The notes under the pieces were generated by a model. The model saw only the letters and a program-made list of their open reading frames with translations, was not told where the DNA came from and ran no database searches. Positions 54,749 to 63,956 of a DNA stretch of 64,000 bases are shown here, one piece after another (the stretch's first letter is position 1; each line of letters begins with the position of its first letter). Source of the stretch: a virus (Duplodnaviria > Heunggongvirae > Uroviricota > Caudoviricetes). The stretch covers positions 15,284-79,283 of IMG/VR virus record IMGVR_UViG_3300017778_003242. The stretch is one strand, 5' to 3'. The position numbers and the translations under genes are program-made.

Positions 54749-55285
54749 ATGTACAGCGGCGACACTTTCGAATTGAACGGCGCGACCTTCACGGTAGAGA
54801 TAACGCACGATGACAGCCACGGCGCACCGTGGGATGAAAATTGTGGCCACGGCGTTGTCGGCAAATGGGAGCGCCGCGACTATTCGGACGCCCCGCGTGG
54901 TCACTGGATACTCGCGACGGATCGCGGGAGCTGGCGTCTCTACAACTGGTTCGAGACGATGGCCATTGCAAAGCGTGACGGCTGGGGGCTGTGCGATGAA
55001 GAGAAGGCGAAGCTTGCCAAGCGCCTGAAGCGTGAGCCCACCGCGCGCGACGTACGCAAGGAAGCTGTGCGCCGCGACTTCAATTATCTGTATGGCTGGG
55101 CCAATGATCAATGGCAGTATGTCGTTATCGGCGTGACCGGCGAAGACGGCGAGTCGGAATACCTCGGAGGCGTCGAGGACAGCGACCCGAAATATATCGA
55201 GGAATGCGCGCGAGAGTTGGCAGGGGAATTGCTTTACACTGTGAACAAAGCAAAAGACCTTTGCGAAATGGAACTCGGAGGCTAA
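54749..55285 (+). CDS. hypothetical protein (178 aa)
   Basis: ORF preceded by a TTGCATCATCATCACTAGAGCAAC motif. Confidence 0.45.
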   Translation: MYSGDTFELNGATFTVEITHDDSHGAPWDENCGHGVVGKWERRDYSDAPRGHWILATDRGSWRLYNWFETMAIAKRDGWGLCDEEKAKLAKRLKREPTARDVRKEAVRRDFNYLYGWANDQWQYVVIGVTGEDGESEYLGGVEDSDPKYIEECARELAGELLYTVNKAKDLCEMELGG

Positions 55286-55286
55286 C

Positions 55287-55505
55287 ATGATTAACACGGA
55301 CATCAACGTACAATTCCCGCAACCCGACTATGCCGTCGTCTTTTTCGGCGACGCGGCAGTCAAGAGCCTGACGGCGGCGGACTTCGGCGGCGACCGGGCC
55401 ATGCTGAAACTCGCGGCCATGCAATATGCCAACGGCTTGGTGGAGGGTTTTTCGCAGGCGCGTTCTATTCTAGGCAACTGCATCCCGAGCGTTCGCACCC
55501 GCTAG
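55287..55505 (+). CDS. hypothetical protein (72 aa)
   Basis: GGAGG SD before ATG 55287. Confidence 0.45.
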   Translation: MINTDINVQFPQPDYAVVFFGDAAVKSLTAADFGGDRAMLKLAAMQYANGLVEGFSQARSILGNCIPSVRTR

Positions 55506-55555
55506 ACGGCACGGCGCTTGCATCACTGACTACAGAGACAACCTGAGAGATCAAG

Positions 55556-56080
55556 ATGACACAAGAGAAACGCCCCGGTTACGACTTCAACAAGGTCACG
55601 CGGCTGATCAATGGCCGCGACAATGCGATGAACATGAGCGACACAAAGGAAGTTGTCGCGCGTTACCTCTTCGCGGCCATCAATCCGGAATTCAAACCCG
55701 GCGACCGTTACGCCAAGCGGATCATAACGCCCGTGGACGTTCGCGTCTACATGGGGCGCGGATCGTCGGCCAGCGTGGTCTATTGTTCCGTCTGGGCACG
55801 CTCGCGCAAAGGCGCGAAGCTGGTCAACGTCTTCACCGATGCGAAGCAACCGCAACGTCTCGCAATGGACCCGTCGCAAACTATCCACGTCTCCGGACGT
55901 GGCAACGCGGGCGGCTATGGTTACCATAAAGAGAGCGCCGCGATTGAAGACGCTTTCACGTCGGCAGGCTTCACCTTCGCGGGACACTTCGGCGGCTGTG
56001 GCGACACGCCAGCAGAGCACGCAATCGAAGCGGCGGCGCGCTTCCTCGGCTGGACGCGCGGCACGGTTATCCGCGCATGA
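55556..56080 (+). CDS. hypothetical protein (174 aa)
   Basis: ORF preceded by a TTGCATCACTGACTACAGAGACAAC motif. Confidence 0.45.
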   Translation: MTQEKRPGYDFNKVTRLINGRDNAMNMSDTKEVVARYLFAAINPEFKPGDRYAKRIITPVDVRVYMGRGSSASVVYCSVWARSRKGAKLVNVFTDAKQPQRLAMDPSQTIHVSGRGNAGGYGYHKESAAIEDAFTSAGFTFAGHFGGCGDTPAEHAIEAAARFLGWTRGTVIRA

Positions 56081-56265
56081 CCCGGATCGAGAAACTGACG
56101 GCCAACATTGACACGCTCGCGGCGGCGCTAGGCGTCACCGTGGAGCGGCCTGACGCATTTGCCCGCGCGTGGATAGTCCGCAAGGGGGACCGCGTCCTGC
56201 ACGCCACGGCGCGCACGCTGCGCGCGATGATTTGCGAATGTGGAGACGACCCCCTTGACGACTGA
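56077..56265 (+). CDS. hypothetical protein (62 aa)
   Basis: ATGA-coupled. Confidence 0.4.
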   Translation: MTRIEKLTANIDTLAAALGVTVERPDAFARAWIVRKGDRVLHATARTLRAMICECGDDPLDD

Positions 56266-56272
56266 CAAGCCC

Positions 56273-56428
56273 ATGGGCCACGTCTGCCAATGTGGCGAGC
56301 GCCACCGCTGGACGCTGTACGTTTACGCGCACCAAAGCGAGACGCTTGTTCACACGTGCAAGTGCGGTATCAAAACGAAACTGCGGCGGCTGATGACCGT
56401 ACCGAAGCGAGAACTGTTCTATGGTTAA
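56273..56428 (+). CDS. small zinc-ribbon protein (51 aa)
   Basis: CQCGERH...CKCG Cys pairs. Alternative GTG start at 56240. Confidence 0.3.
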   Translation: MGHVCQCGERHRWTLYVYAHQSETLVHTCKCGIKTKLRRLMTVPKRELFYG

Positions 56429-56566
56429 CGGTTAACCACGCGATCGGCAGTAAGGTTAAAGCGCCCGCGATCCGCGGCCATTAACCCTAACACTCACCGT
56501 CCGGCCACGTGGCACGGCGCTTGCATTGTGTTGTCTGGGCACATCAACGTGTCCCGATATTTGACA

Positions 56567-56929
56567 ATGGAGAGACTGGTGAAAAAAGGCAGAGACTTCG
56601 ATGCGGAAGATATTGGCCGCACCGATTACATCGCAATGACCGAATCGTTCCCCGGCTACTGGGCACGTTCGGAAGATAGCGCTTTCGACGCTGTGCTGGA
56701 ATTGCTCAAGCAAAACCAGAATGCGCTGGACAAGTCGATCAGACTGATACAGATCGATAGCCCGAAACGGGACGGCACAAAACCGTACATTGACGAGATG
56801 GGCGGGCTGACCTATCAGCAAAACGCGGAGACGTGGAAACTGGAAAAGATCAGCATCCCCGGCCTTGCTGAAAAGATCGGGAAGCTAGTGGACAAATGCG
56901 ACGACCTTGACGGCATCGTCCACGCCTGA
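56567..56929 (+). CDS. hypothetical protein (about 120 aa)
   Basis: ORF. Start uncertain (GTG 56528 or ATG 56567). Confidence 0.4.
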   Translation: MERLVKKGRDFDAEDIGRTDYIAMTESFPGYWARSEDSAFDAVLELLKQNQNALDKSIRLIQIDSPKRDGTKPYIDEMGGLTYQQNAETWKLEKISIPGLAEKIGKLVDKCDDLDGIVHA

Positions 56930-56936
56930 CCGTGGC

Positions 56937-56967
56937 ATAGCTCTTGCTCATTGTGAGCAAGAGCTAG
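56937..56967 (+). terminator. hairpin TAGCTCTTGCTCA-TTG-TGAGCAAGAGCTA (terminator or operator)
   Basis: 13-bp perfect stem with a 3-nt loop directly after a stop codon. No T-run. Confidence 0.35.
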
Positions 56968-57004
56968 TTACCTGCAACACAGAGAGACACCGATGTGAAA
57001 CTAC

Positions 57005-57433
57005 GTGGAACTGATCAACAACGCACACGCGGCGGCGACTGCCGCGATGGCGACCGTTCTGGAAAGCTATCGCGCCGCTGTGAAGGCGCGCGGGGATGAG
57101 GCATGGGATCGCGCTGTGCAAGCCTGCGGCGGCGAGCGCGCGGTCGAGCCGATGTATTGCGGCTTTGCGTGGGTCATCGTTCCGAAACGCGAGAACCCCG
57201 AACTGATCAAGGCCTTGCGCGTCGCGGCGACGCTCGTGCATGGCCGCGACATGGGCCACGCGACCGGCTACTCAAAGAAAGGCGTCCACGGGTCGGCGGA
57301 CTGGAAATTCCACGGCCCCGGCCAATACAGTGGCCAGTCTATGGACATCAAAGAAGCGGGCGCGCGTGCATTCGTGGAATACCTGACGGAGCACGGCGTT
57401 GTCGGCGCGTTCGCAGAATCGCGGGCGGACTAA
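57005..57433 (+). CDS. hypothetical protein (142 aa)
   Basis: GTG start. TAATG-coupled downstream. Confidence 0.4.
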   Translation: MELINNAHAAATAAMATVLESYRAAVKARGDEAWDRAVQACGGERAVEPMYCGFAWVIVPKRENPELIKALRVAATLVHGRDMGHATGYSKKGVHGSADWKFHGPGQYSGQSMDIKEAGARAFVEYLTEHGVVGAFAESRAD

Positions 57434-57795
57434 TGGGCCAGCATCAGGTTTACCGCGCGAAGAGATCGACGCAGCGATGGCTTGAAGGCGCACCGGACTA
57501 TGTGCTGGCGTGCTTTGACGGCGGCAAAGGATTCGCGGATCGTTACACCGTGATCATCGGCGGACGTTTTCAGGAAGGCGGACCGCACTATCGCGACGCA
57601 TGGCTACACGTGGCCCACATTGGCCCGGCCAGCTATGGGTCACATCCGGGCGGCTGGGCAAGCATGACGGCAAACGAGGCGGCGACGTTCCGCTACAATT
57701 TCCGGCACAAGAAAATGAAGTGGAGCGATTTGCCCGAATGTATACGCGGCACAATCGTTGCATTTGGAAAAGAAGAGACGGAGCAAGCAGCATAA
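57433..57795 (+). CDS. hypothetical protein (120 aa)
   Basis: Real C-terminal part of the longer R-rich ORF 57103-57795. ATG 57433 overlaps the upstream TAA. Confidence 0.4.
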   Translation: MGQHQVYRAKRSTQRWLEGAPDYVLACFDGGKGFADRYTVIIGGRFQEGGPHYRDAWLHVAHIGPASYGSHPGGWASMTANEAATFRYNFRHKKMKWSDLPECIRGTIVAFGKEETEQAA

Positions 57796-58412
57796 TGGCC
57801 AACCTCAGAAGCACCCGCGACGTGAAGACAGGCAAGAGCCTGAACCTCGGATTTGCGACGCGCGCGACGCGTCTGGCGGACGGCACGCTTAGCGTGGTCC
57901 ATCATGCGACGGAGATCGTTCGCATCGGCTTGTTCGGATCATACGGCCACAACGTCAAGATTGACGCGGCGGGCTGGCGGTCGCGCACGACGCTCGAACG
58001 GATCGACCATGCGCTGGAATGTGAAGGCGTCGCGGCGCGCGTCTCAGATCACGGCGCGACCGTCGGCTGGCGTGTACACTTCGGCCCGGCGTCGATGGCG
58101 TTCTGCGACGGCATGGTCCTGCGGATCGTTATGGACGCGGTCGAGATCGTCGAGCCGGGCCGCGACTATCCCATTCCTGCGGATCAACTTGAGGCGCTTG
58201 CGACGCTCGGCCAACTGGTCAAGCGTGGGCATGAGCTGAACCGGGACGCTATCAACGCGTTTTGTTCCTTCACCGGGCGGCGCGTGTACTTCGGCGCGGC
58301 GGACGCGTTGCGCACGATGCGACGCAAGGCGCGGCATCACGCGCCAGATTTTCGTTTTGCCCTTCCCGCGATCTTGCGCGCGGAAGGTATGTTAGGCCGA
58401 AAGGCCACCTAG
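57795..58412 (+). CDS. hypothetical protein (205 aa)
   Basis: ATG 57795 overlapping the upstream TAA. MANLRSTRDVKTGKSLNLGF... Confidence 0.45.
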   Translation: MANLRSTRDVKTGKSLNLGFATRATRLADGTLSVVHHATEIVRIGLFGSYGHNVKIDAAGWRSRTTLERIDHALECEGVAARVSDHGATVGWRVHFGPASMAFCDGMVLRIVMDAVEIVEPGRDYPIPADQLEALATLGQLVKRGHELNRDAINAFCSFTGRRVYFGAADALRTMRRKARHHAPDFRFALPAILRAEGMLGRKAT

Positions 58413-58900
58413 TTGCTCAAGGGAGGGAACTCTAACCGCGCGTGAACGGCGCGGGCTCGAACTGGTAACAGACTGCAAAGTCGGATTAGGGCGCAAGCCT
58501 GAAAACTCTGCCCTCCCGTCATGATCGCCCGCAAGGCTAGAGCATGATTAGGAACGGAACAATTCGGCACGGTTCACATTTTTCTGGCGTAGCGTGGTAT
58601 AGGTATTGCATGGGTAGTTGGCTGACGGATGGACGCAAGGGCCGAAGTTTCTGGTCCGGGTTTTTCTGGTTCACAAAGAAACGGCGACGAAAGAGCCGAA
58701 GGGTTTTATAGGACGCGCCGCTGCAACGGCTAGGGGAAAGTGATCGCCCCGAACGAAGGCCCGCAAGGCTGAAAAGATGGCTAGGGGTCAAAGGGAGTCG
58801 GGTAGCGTGGAGGGGTAACCCGCTGAAGCGTCCGGCTCCCTCCCGAGCCCCGGCCATTAATCTTAACACCGGCACGTTTCACGACGACGTTTCACACTGT
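58413..58900 (+). ncRNA. candidate structured noncoding RNA (GNRA-hairpin-rich, ORF-free)
   Basis: 490-nt gap with no credible ORF. Repeated GGCGCAAGCC / GCCCGCAAGGC GCAA-tetraloop hairpins each followed by GAAAA. Distant complementary GGGAGGGA ... TCCCTCCC segments at the two ends. Repeated TTTTTCTGGTTCACA. Confidence 0.3.
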
Positions 58901-59003
58901 CAGAAACTCGCGCGTTTTTCTGACACTTTTTTATTGATCCGTTAGGACCGGCGTGGCATGACAATCGCAAGAGACAACGCAGAGAGTTTTTGGAGCTATC
59001 GTT

Positions 59004-60494
59004 ATGACACAGTGGTCCGAATTTCAGGAAGCCATCTTTGCCCACGTCGAGAACCCGGAAGGCGGGAACTTGATCGTCGAGGCAGTCGCCGGGTCCGGCA
59101 AGACCACGACCATCGTCGAGGCAACGAAGCGTTGCGGCGACGCGCGCGTGATCTTCCTCGCCTTCAACAAGTCAATCGCAACGGAGCTGAAGTCGCGCGG
59201 CGTGAACGCCCGGACGTTTCACTCGCTCGTCTTCAATCCGGCGTTGAACCTTCGCGGCGTTCGCGACGCGACGACGGATAAAATGTACAAGCTGACCGAC
59301 TCGGACGCTGGTCACTGGGAAGATAAGGACGCGCGCCTGTACGCGAAATTTGTGCGCAAGCTTGTCGGCCTTGCCAAAGGCGTCGGCATCGGTTGCTTGC
59401 TGGAGGATACCGAATCGGAATGGGTCGCGCTGGCGGACCATCACGATATGGAACTGGAGAGCGACGCAGCGGACTTCGCGACGGCCATCGAATGGTCGCG
59501 CAAATTCCTGCGCATCTCGAACGCGTCCAAAATGGTGGACTTTGACGACATGCTTTATCTGTGCGTCAAGGAAGGCGTGAGCCTCCCCAAATTCGACTGG
59601 GTTTTTGTTGACGAGGCGCAAGATACGAACCCGATTCAGCGCGCGATCCTTCGCAAGATCATGCGCGACGGCTCACGCCTTGTCGCGGTCGGCGATCCTG
59701 CGCAAGCGATCTATGGCTTTCGCGGCGCGGACTCGGAAAGCCTCGCCATGATCGCCTCGGAATTCAACGCCACAACGCTCCCCCTTAGCGTCTCCTATCG
59801 CTGCGCCCAATCCGTGGTCAACTACGCCCGCCAATGGGTCGGCCACATCCTGCCCGCGTCTACGGCCCCGGAAGGCACCGTTGACACAATGGCAGACTGG
59901 ACGCTGGATATGCTCGCCCCGGCTGACCTTGTCGTCTGCCGCAATACCAAGCCCCTGATCGCCCTCGGCTACAAAATGCTGAAGGCGCGCAAGCCCGTCC
60001 GCATCCGCGGGAAAGAGATCGGCGAGGGTCTGGTCAAGCTGATCGAAAAGCAGCGCGCGAAAGGTATCGACCGGCTGGTGGAAAAGCTTTCCGCTTTCCG
60101 CGACCGCGAAGTCGAGAAAGCTATCGCCGCGAAGCAACCGGCCAAGGCGGCGGCGGTTGCTGACAAGGTGGACGCGATCCTTTGCCTGATCGACTCGCTG
60201 GACGAAAACGCGCGCACCATCCCGGCGCTTCTGGACATCATCCGCACGCTTTTCGAAGACGTGCGCAACGCGACCACGCTCTGCACCATTCACAAGTCGA
60301 AAGGACTTGAGGCGACGCGCGTGTTCTGGCTTGACCGCTCCCTGTGCCCGTCCAAATGGGCGACGCAGGAATGGCAGAAGAAGCAAGAGCGGAATCTCTG
60401 CTACGTCGCAGTGACGCGCGCCAAGTCGGCGCTGGTCATCGTCGAGAGCGACCGCCTGCTAGAAGACGCCCCCAAGGCGAAGGCGGCGGCATGA
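59004..60494 (+). CDS. UvrD/PcrA-like superfamily I DNA helicase
   Basis: AGSGKTTT Walker A, VFVDEAQD Walker B, IHKSKGLEA and VAVTRAKS late motifs. 496 aa. Confidence 0.75.
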   Translation: MTQWSEFQEAIFAHVENPEGGNLIVEAVAGSGKTTTIVEATKRCGDARVIFLAFNKSIATELKSRGVNARTFHSLVFNPALNLRGVRDATTDKMYKLTDSDAGHWEDKDARLYAKFVRKLVGLAKGVGIGCLLEDTESEWVALADHHDMELESDAADFATAIEWSRKFLRISNASKMVDFDDMLYLCVKEGVSLPKFDWVFVDEAQDTNPIQRAILRKIMRDGSRLVAVGDPAQAIYGFRGADSESLAMIASEFNATTLPLSVSYRCAQSVVNYARQWVGHILPASTAPEGTVDTMADWTLDMLAPADLVVCRNTKPLIALGYKMLKARKPVRIRGKEIGEGLVKLIEKQRAKGIDRLVEKLSAFRDREVEKAIAAKQPAKAAAVADKVDAILCLIDSLDENARTIPALLDIIRTLFEDVRNATTLCTIHKSKGLEATRVFWLDRSLCPSKWATQEWQKKQERNLCYVAVTRAKSALVIVESDRLLEDAPKAKAAA

Positions 60495-60628
60495 TCAAGG
60501 TCAAGCAACACCTAACGTCGCGCGGCGACTGGGTCGATTATCACGGCTGGAACTGGGCGGCATTGCCTTTGCATGAGCGGAGGATAATCTCGCGACAGGT
60601 GACCCATGAAGAAGAAAGAGCCCCCTAA
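60491..60628 (+). CDS. small protein (45 aa)
   Basis: ATGA-coupled to the helicase. Confidence 0.3.
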   Translation: MIKVKQHLTSRGDWVDYHGWNWAALPLHERRIISRQVTHEEERAP

Positions 60629-60758
60629 GCCCCGCAACGTCCCGGCGCGCAACCTCGCCCGCCCGGAGTGCAAGCCCCGCGTCATCCCGGACAAGCGGCA
60701 AGTGCGCCGCTATCTGATCGATGACAAGCGGATCATCGACCTTGGCCCTGTGGATTAA
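60606..60758 (+). CDS. small basic protein (50 aa)
   Basis: MKKKEPPKPRNVPARN... Confidence 0.3.
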   Translation: MKKKEPPKPRNVPARNLARPECKPRVIPDKRQVRRYLIDDKRIIDLGPVD

Positions 60759-60760
60759 CC

Positions 60761-61018
60761 ATGAACAAAGAACCCGGCTATCGCCCCTTTTGTCTTGTGT
60801 GCTCCACAATGGGGCGCATGACGATCACGCCGTCCGGCTTCCGCTGTGACGGCGACGGCGATGCGTTCGCACGGCCCGGCTGTGGCAACGAGATCGACCC
60901 GGACGGGCGACGCCTGCCCGGATCGCCCGGACCGTCTCCAGCGGCGCTGGAGGCGCAACGGCGCATAATGGAGAGCCCCGTGTCATTCGCCGCCTTGCTT
61001 GCCGCTTCGCGCCTGTAG
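60761..61018 (+). CDS. small Cys-containing protein (85 aa)
   Basis: CLVCS...CDGDGD...CGNE. Confidence 0.4.
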   Translation: MNKEPGYRPFCLVCSTMGRMTITPSGFRCDGDGDAFARPGCGNEIDPDGRRLPGSPGPSPAALEAQRRIMESPVSFAALLAASRL

Positions 61019-61139
61019 GGCTTGCCCCGTGGCCCGGATCATGCAACGCTCTGGACATCCCGGCGCTGCGCCGGACGAAAGGAGGTGATCCAAGCATCTC
61101 ACCCCCTGCCCCGATCCGACTGGGGCGCTGCGACGGAGG

Positions 61140-61370
61140 CGGCTATGAAGTAAGATTAATGGCGTTGGCGGTGAAATCCCGCGTGTTAATCAGGGCCGGG
61201 AAGTAGTGTTAACACCTGTACCCCGGCCCGCCCAACACAAGAAATCGCAGTAAGGTTAACATGACACCGCCCTCATGTTAAGATTAACGGCGATCGTTGC
61301 TATTAACCCTAACGGCAGTTTCGTTTCATTAACCTTAATTCGCGTTAACCATAACGCCGCGCCGCGATCT
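61140..61370. repeat. second TTAACC / TTAACCAT motif cluster
   Basis: GTAAGGTTAAC, ATGTTAAGATTAAC, TATTAACCCTAAC, CATTAACCTTAAT, CGCGTTAACCATAACG. Confidence 0.5.
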
Positions 61371-61403
61371 TCATCCAAATTTCATGCAAACCGGCACCGA
61401 GTC

Positions 61404-61454
61404 TGAAGTCCCCTCCGGCCTCCCAGCGTTTCAAGTCTGAAGTCACCTCCGGCC
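61404..61454 (+). repeat. second copy of TGAAGTCCCC-NNGGCCT iterons (x2)
   Basis: TGAAGTCCCCTCCGGCCT and TGAAGTCACCTCCGGCCT, 33 bp apart. Confidence 0.5.
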
Positions 61455-61694
61455 TCACAGCTTTTCAGCATTGACTTTTCCCGCGACCATCGGCATCTTC
61501 GCAAATCCACGTCCCTCCCGTCTTGGCTTTTCTGTCCGAGCGCGACATCTGGACAGTGTGACGCGGCCCGATTATTGCACCCCTTTACTGAGGGCGACAG
61601 ATCGGGCCGCAAACACTCTGTCAGAAAAATGTGGACGTTTATCTGACAACGTGCTAAGGCTCGAATTCGCGAATTCTTGCAACCGGAATGGACC

Positions 61695-62084
61695 ATGAGC
61701 GACAACTGGCTTTCCACCGATGAGCAGATCAGGGAAGTCTGCGACCAAGCCGTGAAGGAATACGGCGGTTCCGACATCCTCTCTATCCGCTGCCCCACCA
61801 AGGAAATTCAGGCCAAGGTGCGCAAGTACCTTGACAGCAAACGCGGCGGCAAGACGATCGACACATATGTCGGCGCGCTGAACGACAACCGGGCTGGAAT
61901 GATCGATACGGGGCATGGCACCCGGTCAAAAACCCGGTCCAAGAAAGGGGATAGTACCCCTATCGAATTGGAGGGGGAGGGGGATGACACCCCGGATCAA
62001 GACATTGACCATATCCTCGATCAGAAGCACTATGCGCAGATGGCGGATTTGACGCCGGACGATGATTTGGACGGGCTCGTATGA
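61695..62084 (+). CDS. hypothetical acidic protein (129 aa)
   Basis: ORF. Confidence 0.4.
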   Translation: MSDNWLSTDEQIREVCDQAVKEYGGSDILSIRCPTKEIQAKVRKYLDSKRGGKTIDTYVGALNDNRAGMIDTGHGTRSKTRSKKGDSTPIELEGEGDDTPDQDIDHILDQKHYAQMADLTPDDDLDGLV

Positions 62085-62527
62085 CCACGATTGTCTACTC
62101 TCGGAAGCACAAGACAATGGCGGGCGATTCCCAGCTCACCTATGGGTCTACGAGAGAGATGTCGATGCGGAAGGTATTCCGCAGGCCCAAGGACGGCGCG
62201 CTCATAGGCGTGGCTGGGATAGCCTCCCTAGCGACCAAGATCGTCGAGTGGTTCATGAACGATGAAGAGTATGGGGAGCGCCCCCCGTTCGGGATCGAGA
62301 GCAAGCAAGCCCAAGCGATCCTCGTGCGCCCGGACGGCACGGTCGAGTTCCATGACCTTTATGGATACCATCACGTCGATGGGGACTTCTTTGTCGGCGG
62401 CACTGGCGCTGACGTGGCGCTGGGCGCGCTCGAAATGGGGGCGACACCCCAACAGGCGGTGCGGATCGCGGCCAAGTACGACACCAAGACCGGCGGCAAG
62501 GTCCGTTACGTCAAGCTCAAGAAGTGA
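62081..62527 (+). CDS. HslV-like N-terminal-nucleophile (proteasome beta-like) peptidase
   Basis: MTTIVYSRKHKTMAGDSQLTYGSTREMSMRKVFRRPKDGALIGVAGIASLA aligns with E. coli HslV [53 protein letters not shown]. C-terminal FFVGGTGADVALGALEMG matches [20 protein letters not shown]. Confidence 0.6.
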   Translation: MTTIVYSRKHKTMAGDSQLTYGSTREMSMRKVFRRPKDGALIGVAGIASLATKIVEWFMNDEEYGERPPFGIESKQAQAILVRPDGTVEFHDLYGYHHVDGDFFVGGTGADVALGALEMGATPQQAVRIAAKYDTKTGGKVRYVKLKK

Positions 62528-62598
62528 TTCCTCGGTACTTACGGCTAAGTACCGAGGATTTGTACCATAAACGTCCCATAAATGTCTTATAAGAGACG

Positions 62599-63093
62599 TT
62601 AGCGGAACCAGCTCAGCGGGTTCCACCACGACTTGTCGTTGTCGGCCTTGATCGCGGCGACCGCGGCGTCCGTCTCAGCATCCGTCATGTTCAACTCAAC
62701 GGCGGCGACTTGCGCACCATTGGTCGCGTTCTTCAGAGCCGTCGCAGTCTCCATCAGGAGGCCGCCGATCTCGCGGTTCTTGGCGGTCAGGGCTTGGACC
62801 TGTGCGCGCAGATTGTCCTTCTCAGCGTCTTCCGCAGCGACTTGAGCCTCAAGCTCAGCCGTCCGGGCCGCGGAGATCATGTTGAATTCGGCCAGCACAG
62901 CCGGGAGGGTGATACCCTCTCTCACGGCGGCGACCATATCCTTCTGGACTTCCTGTCCGACGATGCGCGTGCCGTCGTCGAATTCCTTGACCGTGACTTG
63001 GTTCACGAATGCGCCAAAGCCACGCTCCGGCTGGGCCGGGTCGTACATCTGGGCATAGAACGTCGTCGAGTGGGTCGTCTCAGTAAAGGCCAT
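62599..63093 (-). CDS. coiled-coil protein (tail fibre assembly/chaperone?)
   Basis: 164 aa. Central ELEAQVAAEDAEKDNLRAQVQALTAKNREI coiled coil. Downstream of the glycine-rich genes. Confidence 0.4.
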   Translation of the reverse strand: MAFTETTHSTTFYAQMYDPAQPERGFGAFVNQVTVKEFDDGTRIVGQEVQKDMVAAVREGITLPAVLAEFNMISAARTAELEAQVAAEDAEKDNLRAQVQALTAKNREIGGLLMETATALKNATNGAQVAAVELNMTDAETDAAVAAIKADNDKSWWNPLSWFR

Positions 63094-63106
63094 TGTAGTT
63101 CCCTTC

Positions 63107-63955
63107 TTAGAAGATTTCAGTGATGAATATCACGCCGTCGCCGCCACGTCCACCGTCGCCGCCGGTCGTGCCGCCACCGCCGCCACCGCCGCCGGAACCG
63201 ACACCGCCGTTACCGCCGCGCCCGCCCCCGCCTGCGTTGAACGAACCAGCGCCCGATCCGCCGGATGCAAAGAACGGCTTCCAAGACGTGATGCCGTTGA
63301 AGCCTTCGCCGCCCGACACACCGCCGCCCGAGATAAGGGGGATGAGGCCCGTTGCCGTGATGTTACCGCCCGCGAGGTCCGCGCCGGTACAGCCCGCGCC
63401 GCCCGCGCCGCCACCGACGATACGAGTAGGAGTAATGGACGTACCGGCTGTGGTGGGAGTGCCCCCGGCCACGCCAGCAGCGCCAGCGATCGATAGGAAC
63501 GTGGCGTAGTCAGAGAACATGCCGTTGGTGCCGATGACACCGCCGGAGCCCGCAGCGCCCGCAGCAGCGCCCGTACCAGTACCGCCCGCACCACCACCGC
63601 CGACGGTATAGATGTTCGTGGTGGTCGAGTTAGCGGCCCGGAGGCCTATGATTGTCGCGCCACCGGCGACGGTCGTAGCACCACCAACGCCCGGCTGGAG
63701 GAAGATCGTATCTGGCAACAGGAGCGCGGGGATCGTAACACGCAGCAAACCGCCGCTACCGCCGCCCCCGCCGCCGCCGCGCGCCGCCGCCGCCGCCGCA
63801 GTGAAGCCCCGGCCACCGCCACCGCCCGCGCCGATCGCCAAGATTTGCAGCGCGACGACGTTGGCCGGAACCGTGTACGGAATCCAGTCAGCGCCTCGCG
63901 GCAGGAAAATCGACGATCGTTTGTCGTTGCGGATATTGGGGGCCGGATCAAACAT
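63107..63955 (-). CDS. glycine-rich fibre-like protein
   Basis: 282 aa, more than 40% Gly with GGGGxGG runs. Confidence 0.5.
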   Translation of the reverse strand: MFDPAPNIRNDKRSSIFLPRGADWIPYTVPANVVALQILAIGAGGGGGRGFTAAAAAARGGGGGGGSGGLLRVTIPALLLPDTIFLQPGVGGATTVAGGATIIGLRAANSTTTNIYTVGGGGAGGTGTGAAAGAAGSGGVIGTNGMFSDYATFLSIAGAAGVAGGTPTTAGTSITPTRIVGGGAGGAGCTGADLAGGNITATGLIPLISGGGVSGGEGFNGITSWKPFFASGGSGAGSFNAGGGGRGGNGGVGSGGGGGGGGTTGGDGGRGGDGVIFITEIF

Positions 63956-63956
63956 T

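Noticed and set aside
57103-57432. N-terminal 110 aa of ORF 57103-57795
   Set aside because: Arg-rich shadow sequence out of frame with gene 57005-57433. Only the part from ATG 57433 was kept.
58537-58875. 112-aa minus-strand ORF in the 58.4-58.9 kb gap
   Set aside because: Low-complexity (Arg/Leu/Ser/Pro), no SD, and it lies in the region better explained as structured noncoding RNA or promoter DNA.
63120-63597. Proline-rich + strand ORFs
   Set aside because: Antisense to the glycine-rich fibre gene. GGN codons read as NCC on the other strand.
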